Shown here: positions 9,419-18,550 of the stretch, one piece after another
Position numbering within the stretch: the stretch's first letter is position 1
Layout of the letters: each line of letters begins with the position of its first letter
Assembly: GCA_035389045.1 (NCBI GenBank)
Contig: DAOORA010000046.1
Coordinates: 1-35,590 of the forward strand
Length of the DNA: 35,590 nucleotides
Source of the DNA: Bacteroidales bacterium
GTDB lineage: Bacteria; Bacteroidota; Bacteroidia; Bacteroidales; CAIWKO01
Direction of reading: 5' to 3'
Position numbers and translations under genes: made by a program
The notes under the pieces: model-generated
The model's input: only the letters and a program-made list of their open reading frames with translations
What the model was told of the DNA's origin: nothing
Databases searched by the model: none

Positions 9419-10423
9419 CTAATCCTTGATACAACGCACGTACAAACCATTTTCTTTATTGACATATGGACCGTCAACCTTGCTGTAGTTATAATACATC
9501 ATTTTTGGCACCGCATGCATCGGACTATAGGGTGTTGAAGTCCACCAGTTTCCGTAATTCGATTTTCCGGAAAAAGGGCCTCCCGCAGATCGTCCGCCTC
9601 CCGGGAGGGCTGTAAAGCCGGTTTCGTTGGTGGCTCCTGTATTGGGGCTTTGCCAATGCAGGTATCCTGATTCTTTCAGTTTTCCTCCGGCTACGCTGGG
9701 TCCCCCGGCAAAGTTGATCAGAACATTCCATTCGGCATCACTGGCCACGTGCCAGCCTTCAGGAGCCAGCTGCCTGCTGTCGGCCACGGCAAACCAGTTA
9801 TATATGCGTCCGTAAGTGTTTGCATTAGTGCTATCGTTATCATAATCGCAATATGCGCCATAGGTTAGCCAGCTCCAGAGTGTATTATCTGTAATATTGG
9901 CAATGGTGTCGCCGTTCCGGTAGCGGGTAACCTTCAGGTTCTCGAGCATCCATATCTGGGTGCCTATGGTGATGGTGTGATAGACATTACCGTCAATATC
10001 GCTTACCGTGGTGATTAGGCTGTCGGCGGTGGTGAATGCCATCGTGCTTCCGTATGCTGTTCCTGCGCTGTTGGTGGCGTATGCCCTGACATAATAGACC
10101 GTATGCGGTTCAAGTCCGCTCATAAGGCTGCTGAATTCGCCCGTGCCGCTGCCGTCTGTAGTGATGGTATCTGCAATGGTGGGAGTTATTTCCGTGCTCC
10201 AGCAGATGCCGCGGGCGGTCACTGCAGCACCGCCGTCGGAAGTGATGCTGCCCCCGCAGAGGGCCGTGTTTAAGGTGATATTGCTTACTTCATAAGTTTC
10301 TAACGAAGGCATTTTTATGATCACCGGCTCGCTGTCATCTTTTTTTTTGCAACTAAATATCAGTGTGTATATTAATCCCGTGAGCAGTAGTGGAAAAAAC
10401 AATTTTACAGTTATCTTTTTCAT
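9419..10423 (-). CDS. Fib_succ_major (FISUMP) domain lipoprotein with an FN3-like domain (paralog)
   Basis: Lipobox LIFSC; RGICWS...YYVRAYATNSAGTAYG; DIDGNVYHTITIGTQIWMLENL, YGRIYNW, terminal VRCIKD. Confidence 0.88.
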   Translation of the reverse strand: MKKITVKLFFPLLLTGLIYTLIFSCKKKDDSEPVIIKMPSLETYEVSNITLNTALCGGSITSDGGAAVTARGICWSTEITPTIADTITTDGSGTGEFSSLMSGLEPHTVYYVRAYATNSAGTAYGSTMAFTTADSLITTVSDIDGNVYHTITIGTQIWMLENLKVTRYRNGDTIANITDNTLWSWLTYGAYCDYDNDSTNANTYGRIYNWFAVADSRQLAPEGWHVASDAEWNVLINFAGGPSVAGGKLKESGYLHWQSPNTGATNETGFTALPGGGRSAGGPFSGKSNYGNWWTSTPYSPMHAVPKMMYYNYSKVDGPYVNKENGLYVRCIKD

Positions 10424-10485
10424 GTAGTCAATGATTTTGGCAGGTACAGTTTATTTGAAGTTCTCTTGTTTTTTTGTTTTGGTTA

Positions 10486-10493
10486 CAAATGTA
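10486..10493 (-). promoter_or_regulatory. Bacteroidota -7 promoter box (TACATTTG)
   Basis: TAnnTTTG match upstream of the lipoprotein pair. Confidence 0.55.
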
Positions 10494-10555
10494 GATATAA
10501 TAAGTTGGATGCATGACGATGTTTATTTTTTTGCTGTATTAAAATGACGCAATGT

Positions 10556-10696
10556 TGAGCCCACTCCGAAAAGTATGATTTTTGAAAATCAGCTTTGCTC
10601 CGGCCCAAGGGGAGGCTGATTTTCTGCGACTTCCCCTTGGGATAAAGGGCAAAAAGTCGCAGGATAAGAAAAACGGGGCTTTTTGGAGTGGATTCA
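10556..10696. mobile_element. 141-bp MITE-like element
   Basis: Imperfect terminal inverted repeats tgagcccactccgaaaag / ctttttggagtggattca, flanked by ATGT on both sides (10552-10555, 10697-10700); internal hairpins gaaaatcagc/gctgattttc and tgcgactt/aagtcgca. Confidence 0.7.
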
Positions 10697-10852
10697 ATGT
10701 AAACATTTTGCGCCTGGCACGAGAGGAGGTATTTATAGCAAGACCTTGTCAAAAAACACCCAATGTTAAAAACACATCCATACCTGTCAGGTTTGTGGCT
10801 ATAACGCCATTTTGTCAAGCGTTGCTGTTGTAACTCGTTTTCTTTCGTTTCG

Positions 10853-12055
10853 TTAAAAGTAAGTATTTACAGCAAATTTAAATTGGTCAATAAATATTTC
10901 TTTAAAAGTTGAAATGTTATTCTGTTCATAAAATAGAAGCATTGCTTTCTTGTATTCAACTGAGTCCACTGTTCTGAAAGAAATAGGGCAATACTTATGA
11001 TTTATCAGAATAGCATTACTTACAATTCTTGCCGTTCTTTTATTTCCATCCACGAATGGTTGGATGTATGAGATCAGCACTAAAAGAAGCAACGCCTTTT
11101 CGAACACGTTTTCTTTGCTATTCAACAGTTCGCACATATTCGATAGGGATTCTGAAATTTGAAATTCATTATCCAAAGGCCGATAATTAGTCCCCGAAAT
11201 GCCCACTCTTCGCCTTCTGATGTTCTTATCAACCCGAGATCTTTTGTCAGTAAACTATGTAGCGGAAACCCAGTGTCTGAATCGAAAAGTTCAGTTTCGA
11301 GGCCTGTCTGACTGGCCAGCCAGGCAGGCTTGCGAAGCGACAAAAAGCGGAGTTTACTGGGGTAAATGAGCATTTTTGGAGCAAGCGTAACGAAGAAAAT
11401 GGAGTTTTCGTTCAGACACTATGTATGTCTTCAATTTTCGGAACAGATAATGGAATCAAATAATCAGGGTTTTCAACTATAAAGTCAATGGCTTCCTTGT
11501 GATTTAGAAGCATAATTGCTTCTTCTGTTGTTTTACCTGATTCGGTTTCCTTTTCCTTAAGAAGTCTTTCCGTTTCCAACAGAGAATAAGTATTCCCTTC
11601 AATCTGAGACGATTTCCAGCTCAGGTCAATCGCCAATCTTTCTTATTCTTTCTTGTATTCTGTTTCAGATAGTTGAGTAATATTCTTTTCGAATTTTTTT
11701 GTAGTAAAAATAATTGTTCTGATTCATTGGTTGTAAATATGCTTCAATTTTTAAGGGTTTCTGGTATAAGTTGTAAATTAAAACTTTCCTTAATCTCTCT
11801 TTCATCAATTTCCTTCTCAAAATAGTTGTCAATGTCAACAGGATATAGAATTTCATAGACTGGTGAAATCAGATATTTTGTTGATTTTCCCTGACCTATT
11901 TTGGTTAGGAGATTTTTATCGATTAACCTGGATAGCATTCTTTTTACAGTAGCATAACTAATCGATGTAGAAATGCTATTAAAAATTTCGCTTGATGAAA
12001 CTTCTTGCTTCTTCTTTATGAGTTCAATTATTTCAAATTCTGCTTTATCAATCAT
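10853..12055 (-). pseudogene. Fic-family protein with N-terminal winged HTH, inactivated
   Basis: Fragments join into one gene: wHTH-like N-terminus, SSQIEGN inhibitory motif, QPFVDGNKRTAR Fic motif. Lesions: in-frame TGA (11744-11746), -1 frameshift in an A run near 11697, in-frame TAA near 11643, inserted element 11261-11420, -1 frameshift near 11234. Confidence 0.9.
11261..11420. mobile_element. ~160-bp MITE-like insertion inside the fic gene
   Basis: Inverted repeats agtgtctgaatcgaaaa (11272-11288) / ttttcgttcagacact (11405-11420); ATGT duplicated at 11257-11260 and 11421-11424; removing it restores IEDIHSLLTKDL. Confidence 0.85.
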
Positions 12056-12066
12056 AGAGTATTAAT

Positions 12067-12139
12067 TTACGGCTCACAGATTTAATTATTACGGCTCAAA
12101 CAATTGCAATGTTGAGCAGTATTTTTTTTAATAATGAGC
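12067..12139. promoter_or_regulatory. Symmetric array of four GCTCA/TGAGC half-sites (putative operator)
   Basis: GCTCA at 12072 and 12094, TGAGC at 12113 and 12135; both pairs are 22 bp apart and share one dyad axis; the first two extend to ttacggctca. Confidence 0.55.
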
Positions 12140-12212
12140 TACAAACCGGGTTATTATCAGAAAGATGACAGGATTTTCATTTCATTGTGTATTTTTATGC
12201 TTTATATTTTCT

Positions 12213-15131
12213 ATGCAGAACAAACTTTATGAGTTAAAACAGACTTTGTATGGTGAATTACTCACCGATGAATCCAGTCTTACCATCTATGCCACCGATG
12301 CCTCGCTGTATTTCGACCGTCCGCTGGCAGTAGCTGTCCCCAAAAATGAAAAAGACCTGGAAAAACTCATTGCTTTTGCTTCGGCAAACAACATTCCGCT
12401 TACCCCGCGTGCGGCAGGCACTTCGCTGGCAGGGCAGGCCACGGGCAACGGCATCATTGTTGACATTTCAAAGCATTTCAGGAAAATACTGAAGCTCAAC
12501 ACCCGCGAACGTTTTGTGATCGTCCAGCCGGGCGTGGTGCGCGACGAACTGAACAAGTTTCTGGAGCCTTACGGGCTGATGTTCTGTCCCGAAACATCCA
12601 CATCCAACCGCTGCATGATAGGAGGGATGATAGGCAACAACTCCTGCGGGGAACATTCCCTGATCTATGGGAGCACCCGCGATCACCTGATCTCGGTAAA
12701 ATGTCTGCTGAGCGATGGCAGCAAAACTGAATTCAGGCCGTTGAGCCGGGCAAAATTTGACGAAAAATGCCAGGGCGATACGCTGGAAAGCCGCATTTAC
12801 CGTAATCTGAAAGAAACACTGGGAAATAAGAATATTGCTGCCGAGATACATGCAAATTATCCCGAAACAGGTATCCGGAGGCGCAACATGGGCTATGCAC
12901 TCGATGTGCTGCTGGATTCTGAGCTATTTACAGTCAACAGCAACGAAGTGTTCAACGCGGCAAAGCTGATCTGCGGCTCGGAAGGCACGCTGGCATTCAT
13001 CACGGAGGCTAAGCTGAACCTCGTGGCGATACCGCAACAAAAAACGGCTTTTATCTGCGCCCATTTTGAAACGCTGGAACAGTCGCTCGAAGCCAATCTT
13101 GTGGTGTTGAAACATCAGCCGGCGTCTGTGGAACTCATTGATAAAACAATAATTTCTCTCACAAAAGATAATCTCAGCCAGCAGCAGAACCGCTTTTTTA
13201 TTCAGGGCGAACCCGGGGCTATCCTGATCATTGAACTGGCGCATGAAGATGAAAATATCATGTTGCAAAAGGCCGCTGAACTTATTGCCGGCCTGAAAAG
13301 TAAAGGATTGGGGTTTCATTTTCCGGTCATCACAGGAGCAGACATGGCAAAGGTCCGCAACCTGCGCAAAGCCGGGCTGGGGGTGCTGACGACCATAACC
13401 GGTGATCTGAAACCCCACAGTTTTGTAGAAGATACTGCCGTGGCTCCCGATAAACTTCCGGCCTACATTGCCGATTTTCGTGCGATGCTTGACAAATTTG
13501 GCGTTAGTTGTGCTTTTTACGGACATATCGCTACCGGCGAACTGCATGTTAAGCCCATGCTGAATCTCAGGACTGATGAAGGTGTAGAATTGCTGAAAAA
13601 GATCGCATACGAGACCGCCTTACTGGTAAAAACATACCGTGGCTCGCTGAGCGGCGAACACGGCGACGGCCGCCTGCGTGCGGAGTTCATCCCATTGGTG
13701 CTTGGTAAAACCGTGTATCAGAGCCTTGCCGGAATAAAAGATGTATTTGACCCTATGCATATTTTTAACCGGGGAAAGATCATCGAGGCGCCCTGCATTG
13801 CTCTGGATCTCAGGGAACAGCGGCTTATTGACGAGCCGTCAGTGCATACTTATTTTGATTATTCAAAAACCAATGGCTTGCTGAGGGCTATCGGGCGTTG
13901 CAATGGTTCGGCTGATTGCCGGAAAAGCCATTATATTGGCGGGCTGATGTGCCCGTCGTATATGGCTACCATTGATGAAAAGAATTCCACGCGCGCCCGT
14001 GCTAACCTGTTGCGCGAAATCCTTGCCGGTACAAACAACAAAAATCCTTTTAACACTAAAGACCTCTATGATATCCTCGACCTTTGCCTGATGTGTAAGG
14101 GATGCAAGATCGAATGCCCGTCGGGCATAGACATGGCAAGGTACAAAGCCGAGTTCCTGCAGCATTATTATGACGCTCGTCATGTGCCGGTGCGCACCCA
14201 CATGATCGCCGATATCACAAAGATCTATAAGTTGGCTGCTCATATTCCCGGTATCTTTAATTTTTTTGCCGGGAATAAGTTTTTTTCTTCTTTGTTGAAA
14301 AACATGCTTGGATTTTCAGATCAACGGCAAATTCCGGGCATAGGAAGCACAACATTAAAAAAATGGGCTGAGTCCTATTTAAAACAATCGAACGGGAACG
14401 GAAAAAGAATACTGTTTTTTGCTGATGAATTTACCAATTACGTGGATTTGGAGGTCGGCAAAAAAGCGGTCATGCTGCTGGCCCGGCTGGGATATCATGT
14501 AGAAATGGCCCCTGTTGATGAAAGCGGCAGGACGTATTTCTCGAAAGGGATGCTCCGGAAGGCGGGAAAAATTTCCGAACGTAATGTACGGGTATTGAGC
14601 AATATCATCAGCGATGCTGTGCCATTGGTCGGGATAGAGCCTTCAGCCATATTGGGTTTCAGAGATGAAGTTCCGGATATAGTAAGCAAAGAGCTAAAAG
14701 CAGCGGCTGAAAATATTTCCCGTAATTCGTACACCATCGAAGAATTTATGGTGAAGGAATTTGATAAAGGCAGTTTCAGTGCTGTCATGTTTTCTCTTGA
14801 GCCCAAAAAGATAAAGCTACATGGTCATTGCCACCAGAAAGCATTGTCAACTACATTGCCAACGAAGCGAATGTTGGAAATTCCGCAAAATTATTCTGTA
14901 GAAGAGATTCCTTCGGGTTGTTGCGGTATGGCTGGTTCTTTCGGCTATGAAAAGGAACATTATGATCTTTCCATTAAAATAGGGGCGATGATTTTGTTTC
15001 CCGCCGTGAACAAAACCGGTGCGGAAATTATCATCTCAGCGCCCGGCACCAGCTGCCGCCAGCAAATCAAAGACGGAACCGGTAAAAAAGCCTTGCACCC
15101 GGTTGAAGTGCTTTTTAATGCGCTTGTCTGA
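12213..15131 (+). CDS. FAD-binding and Fe-S-binding oxidoreductase (GlcD/GlcF fusion, YdiJ-like 2-hydroxyacid dehydrogenase family)
   Basis: PRAAGTSLAGQ FAD motif, GSEGTL, GEHGDG, ferredoxin motif CLMCKGCKIECP, CCG domain HGHCHQ...GCCGMAG; start may be 12165. Confidence 0.88.
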   Translation: MQNKLYELKQTLYGELLTDESSLTIYATDASLYFDRPLAVAVPKNEKDLEKLIAFASANNIPLTPRAAGTSLAGQATGNGIIVDISKHFRKILKLNTRERFVIVQPGVVRDELNKFLEPYGLMFCPETSTSNRCMIGGMIGNNSCGEHSLIYGSTRDHLISVKCLLSDGSKTEFRPLSRAKFDEKCQGDTLESRIYRNLKETLGNKNIAAEIHANYPETGIRRRNMGYALDVLLDSELFTVNSNEVFNAAKLICGSEGTLAFITEAKLNLVAIPQQKTAFICAHFETLEQSLEANLVVLKHQPASVELIDKTIISLTKDNLSQQQNRFFIQGEPGAILIIELAHEDENIMLQKAAELIAGLKSKGLGFHFPVITGADMAKVRNLRKAGLGVLTTITGDLKPHSFVEDTAVAPDKLPAYIADFRAMLDKFGVSCAFYGHIATGELHVKPMLNLRTDEGVELLKKIAYETALLVKTYRGSLSGEHGDGRLRAEFIPLVLGKTVYQSLAGIKDVFDPMHIFNRGKIIEAPCIALDLREQRLIDEPSVHTYFDYSKTNGLLRAIGRCNGSADCRKSHYIGGLMCPSYMATIDEKNSTRARANLLREILAGTNNKNPFNTKDLYDILDLCLMCKGCKIECPSGIDMARYKAEFLQHYYDARHVPVRTHMIADITKIYKLAAHIPGIFNFFAGNKFFSSLLKNMLGFSDQRQIPGIGSTTLKKWAESYLKQSNGNGKRILFFADEFTNYVDLEVGKKAVMLLARLGYHVEMAPVDESGRTYFSKGMLRKAGKISERNVRVLSNIISDAVPLVGIEPSAILGFRDEVPDIVSKELKAAAENISRNSYTIEEFMVKEFDKGSFSAVMFSLEPKKIKLHGHCHQKALSTTLPTKRMLEIPQNYSVEEIPSGCCGMAGSFGYEKEHYDLSIKIGAMILFPAVNKTGAEIIISAPGTSCRQQIKDGTGKKALHPVEVLFNALV

Positions 15132-15307
15132 AAAAAATCTTTTTTCAACATTAAAAGTTTTTTATAAAACTTGATTTTATCAAAAAAATAGTTTATCTTT
15201 GTCGTTGAAAAGTTTAATTATATCAATAAAATATATTGTTTTATCGCTTTGTATTTAAATTATAACACTATATTTAATTTTTGCATTTGGTTAAAATATT
15301 ACATTAT

Positions 15308-15526
15308 ATGAAAAAACTTGTATTATTATTACCCTTAGCCGCATTATTGCCTGGATGTCAAAAGGAATATCAGTGCACACAGGTCATTACAAAGCACATC
15401 AATGGTGTCGAGATTGATAAAGAACAACATAATATTTATTCAGATCACTGCATTACAAGTAGTTGTTTTAATTATGAGCAAACTATCAACGACACCTTGA
15501 TTGTTTGCAAGACCACATGCAAATGA
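15308..15526 (+). CDS. Small Cys-rich lipoprotein, unknown function
   Basis: MKKLVLLLPLAALLPG-C lipoprotein signal; five further Cys in a 72-aa ORF; TATCTTTG box at 15194-15201. Confidence 0.65.
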   Translation: MKKLVLLLPLAALLPGCQKEYQCTQVITKHINGVEIDKEQHNIYSDHCITSSCFNYEQTINDTLIVCKTTCK

Positions 15527-15747
15527 CAAAACTTTTTTGCTCTTAATCAAATTTGCTTAATTATTTTACTGAAAATTATCTCAGTTGCTTATCATCGTTC
15601 TTTATAAGGGTGATTTGTGATTGATATTACATTGAAGTGTCATTTTTTTGAGGTTGCTATTTGTTTAAGCCACCAAGACACTTCCAATAGTCATCGGAAG
15701 ACAAAACGATTTCACCATTTATAGGTTTTGATTTACTGTAGCTTATC

Positions 15748-15855
15748 GCCTTTGCTTCTTTACGGAAAAAATAACAATACCACTTTGCGTCTCTGCGTCT
15801 CTGCGAGAAAATAAGTGATGAATTTTTGCACCTGAGAGTCTTTGCCAGAAAAAAC
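15748..15855. repeat. Degenerate short tandem repeat cluster (ctttgcg/ctctgcg units)
   Basis: ctttgcgtctctgcgtctctgcgagaaa near 15783-15810 with weaker copies on either side. Confidence 0.45.
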
Positions 15856-15955
15856 ACAATATCTCTCTACTTTTCAAAGATTTAAAACCCACTCAGGTAT
15901 AAAGCAATATTTTTCATTTGGTATCCGTTAAAGAAATAGACCAAGCCCGCTTTAT

Positions 15956-16573
15956 ATGAAGGAACTTCTGGTATTTTTAATGTTATTGTACTTTTTCCCG
16001 GCACATGCTCAGGAGCTGAAACTGAAAAAAACACCTTCAGGGATATTTTCTTTGGGAGCGCGGAGCAGTCTGGGACTGGTAAACGATGGACAATGGCAGC
16101 AACCTGCTTTTGGTACCGGAGGGCAATTCAGGATACAGTTTTCTGAACGGGTAAATACAGAATGGTTTGCCGATCATCTCAGGGCAGACCTCAGCGATTA
16201 TGCCTGGCGCGCCGATACACACATTGGATGGAGTGTAATGTATTATCTCACGGAACATCCTGAAAAAGTGATTGTTCCATATATTCTTGCGGGGCATTGT
16301 TTTGAATATCTTAAATTCACGGATAATAGCGATACGGATAATTATGCTGAACGATGGAGCGCATCGGTTCAGGGGGGCGTTGGAACTCATATCAACATAA
16401 CAAAGCGGTTTGATATCTCCTTTGTTGCCCAGTACATGCTGCATCTCGGAACGAAAATCACAGCTTCAAATGCAGAAGATGTGACAATGTTTACCAAATC
16501 ACACGGGGCAGGAATACAGGATCATATTTTGTTACATCTCAGCCTGAATTATAAAATAGCTGATTTATGGTAA
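15956..16573 (+). CDS. Putative outer-membrane beta-barrel protein
   Basis: Signal peptide (..PAHAQ), alternating amphipathic strands (GGQFRIQF, GWSVMYY, GGVGTHINI), C-terminal LSLNYKI. Confidence 0.65.
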   Translation: MKELLVFLMLLYFFPAHAQELKLKKTPSGIFSLGARSSLGLVNDGQWQQPAFGTGGQFRIQFSERVNTEWFADHLRADLSDYAWRADTHIGWSVMYYLTEHPEKVIVPYILAGHCFEYLKFTDNSDTDNYAERWSASVQGGVGTHINITKRFDISFVAQYMLHLGTKITASNAEDVTMFTKSHGAGIQDHILLHLSLNYKIADLW

Positions 16574-17145
16574 AAAAAATGTTCTTCACCATAGCGTTGT
16601 TTGCAATATATCAATGTGTTGCACAGCAAAAAGAAAGTTTCACCGGTGCCGGTCTGCTCAAGGTTGGCCTTGGTTTCAATCAGAGTTTTATGCTTCAGCA
16701 CAGAAGCAATAATGTTTATCTGGGGGGGCACCTTGAGTATTTTACAAGTCCGAACCTGAGTTTCAGGGGCGATTGTTTTGCGTATCTGGATACACGTCGG
16801 AAACTGCCTGTTATTAAGCAAAATACCGTAGTTCTTTTTGGTGCTTTATTGCATTTGCCAAAAGGTAAAAATGATTTTTACGGAGGCATTCAACCGGGGT
16901 TTTCACTGACAAAACCAGCCGTTTCATCACTTGGTGACCAAAGTTATCCCCTGCGTTTTTTACCTGTGTTGAACCTGACACTGGGATACAGCCTGTATTT
17001 TTCCAGGTTCTGCCATTTCTTTATTGGCGTAAATTATATGGTGGCAAGATACAGAGGTGCAGAAACCGGGTCAATTAAACTTGATGAATTTATGATCTCG
17101 GGCGGCCTGGGGTTTCATATAAAGACCAAAAACAAAAGCCGGTAA
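16567..17145 (+). CDS. Putative outer-membrane beta-barrel protein
   Basis: Signal peptide (..CVAQ), strands GGHLEYF, FYGGIQPGF, LTLGYSLYF, C-terminal GGLGFHI; overlaps the upstream stop codon. Confidence 0.65.
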   Translation: MVKKMFFTIALFAIYQCVAQQKESFTGAGLLKVGLGFNQSFMLQHRSNNVYLGGHLEYFTSPNLSFRGDCFAYLDTRRKLPVIKQNTVVLFGALLHLPKGKNDFYGGIQPGFSLTKPAVSSLGDQSYPLRFLPVLNLTLGYSLYFSRFCHFFIGVNYMVARYRGAETGSIKLDEFMISGGLGFHIKTKNKSR

Positions 17146-17168
17146 ATTGATACCGGCGTTTGTTCTTT
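17131..17168. terminator. Bidirectional intrinsic terminator
   Basis: Perfect stem gccggta (17138-17144) / taccggc (17151-17157) with A-rich left and T-rich right flanks, between convergent genes. Confidence 0.65.
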
Positions 17169-17209
17169 ATTTCTGTCCTTCCCGTCCTTCTATGGCGGAT
17201 CATGTTGGA

Positions 17210-18097
17210 TTATGGTACCTGAGTTCCAAACTCTTTCTTCTTCATAGGAACAGGAAGCACTCCTGACATATCGCCAATCACATTGATCAGCTCGGCATTA
17301 GAGGGTACGACGATTTTTGCGTTGTTTTGCAGAGAATTCTCCAAAGTTTCCAGCTTGCGTAATAACTGGGCATTACCGGTAAAATACTTGTCAGCTGCCT
17401 CGTTCACAAGTTTGATGGCTTCGGCTTCTCCCTCAGCGTGCAATATTTTGGCCTGTTTTACTCCTTCAGCTTCTTTGATCTTTGAACGTTTCACGCCGTC
17501 AGCAGCGGTTTCTGCAGCAGTAGCATAGTCAATAGCAGCGATTTTTTCGTTTTCAGCTTTAACGACTTTATTCATTGTTTCCTGTACATCTTTTGGCGGG
17601 TCAATTTCTTTCAGTTCGGTGCGAACAATGTCAATGCCCCAGCTTTTCGTTTCCTCACAGAGTGTTTTGTGTAATTCAGAATTGATCTTTCCCCTCTCAC
17701 TGTTTGCCGATTTAAGGGTGAGCGTACCAATAATATTTCTGAGGGTGGTGCGTGCCAGATTGACAATTTGCCATTGGTAACGATTTACATTATACTGTGA
17801 TGCTTTAATACTATCTTCATCATCTTTGACCTTGAAATATACCTGCGCATCCACGCGGGCGTTCAGGTTGTCGTTGGTGATAATTTCCTGAGGCTCAGCA
17901 TCTACCATTGTCTCAGTGATATTTACCCTATACATCTTTTCAATAAAGGGTATGATCCAATGAAAGCCTGCATCAGCAAAACGGTTATATTTTCCCAGAC
18001 GTTCGATAAGACCGCGGTGTGTGGGTCTTACAATACGGATACCCATGAAGAAAAGCAACAATACCGGAATTCCGATATAGAAAATAAGCGAATACAT
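17210..18097 (-). CDS. SPFH/Band 7 (stomatin/QmcA-like) membrane protein
   Basis: N-terminal TM, RIVRPTHRGLIERLGKY, QEIITNDN, ARTTLRNIIG, WGIDIVRTEL, Ala/Glu-rich coiled coil (AEGEAEAI). Confidence 0.9.
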   Translation of the reverse strand: MYSLIFYIGIPVLLLFFMGIRIVRPTHRGLIERLGKYNRFADAGFHWIIPFIEKMYRVNITETMVDAEPQEIITNDNLNARVDAQVYFKVKDDEDSIKASQYNVNRYQWQIVNLARTTLRNIIGTLTLKSANSERGKINSELHKTLCEETKSWGIDIVRTELKEIDPPKDVQETMNKVVKAENEKIAAIDYATAAETAADGVKRSKIKEAEGVKQAKILHAEGEAEAIKLVNEAADKYFTGNAQLLRKLETLENSLQNNAKIVVPSNAELINVIGDMSGVLPVPMKKKEFGTQVP

Positions 18098-18327
18098 AAA
18101 TCCTCCTTTTTTTATTAGACAATAAAAGTACAATTTTTTTTGACACAGGGCAACAAAAAATAATTATTATGAGAAACCGTTTTGAATTGACGAATCATTT
18201 TTTAATATTTTAATAATGCCATTTTACGGGCAATTTTTTTTGAAGTGCTATTAGAAATAATAATTACTAAGAGTAACGAAAATATGGCGTTACCCTGGAA
18301 ACACTACAATAGAGATAAACGATAACA

Positions 18328-18550
18328 GGGGGCAGCGCCCCGAATTATTTGTAAAGCAGTAATACCCCACAAAAATTATAGGGTGCAGAGCACAGTAACA
18401 TTATATCTGCCACGCACATATTAATGTAAATGGTCGGATGTGGTTCTATTGGTAAACAATTAATGCCTTATCAATTGTTTAATATTACGGTACGCTGTAC
18501 TTTATCTCTCATTAATTTTATTTTTTACAAATGTTGCGGTGCTCTGCAAC
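18328..18550. repeat. REP/BIME-like cluster of four palindromic units
   Basis: Forward units ggggcagcgccccgaattattttgta and ggtgcagagcacagtaacatta; reverse units taatattacggtacgctgtact and tacaaatgttgcggtgctctgcaac. Confidence 0.65.

Noticed and set aside
8325..10423. A complete diversity-generating retroelement
   Set aside because: No reverse transcriptase, Avd or adenine-only-mismatch template repeat in the window
10483..10833. ORFs 10483..10818(-) and 10582..10833(+)
   Set aside because: They run through the palindromic MITE and have no protein-like features
11122..11373. 83-aa ORF as a separate gene
   Set aside because: Chimera of MITE sequence and out-of-frame fic sequence
11744..11746. 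TGA recoding (alternative genetic code or selenocysteine) in fic
   Set aside because: The same gene also has a TAA, two frameshifts and an insertion, and TGA ends intact genes at 4960, 15131 and 32351
10549..12117. Identical 12-mer gcaatgttgagc at 10549-10560 and 12106-12117, as att sites of a fic island
   Set aside because: The left copy is the ATGT target plus the MITE end, and the right copy is part of the operator array; coincidence is the simpler reading
15657..15857. 66-aa ORF on the minus strand
   Set aside because: Largely a translation of the ctctgcg repeat (FSQRRRDAK); the tail may be a gene remnant but I cannot assign it
18328..18550. CRISPR array
   Set aside because: Units are degenerate, in opposite orientations and irregularly spaced; no cas genes
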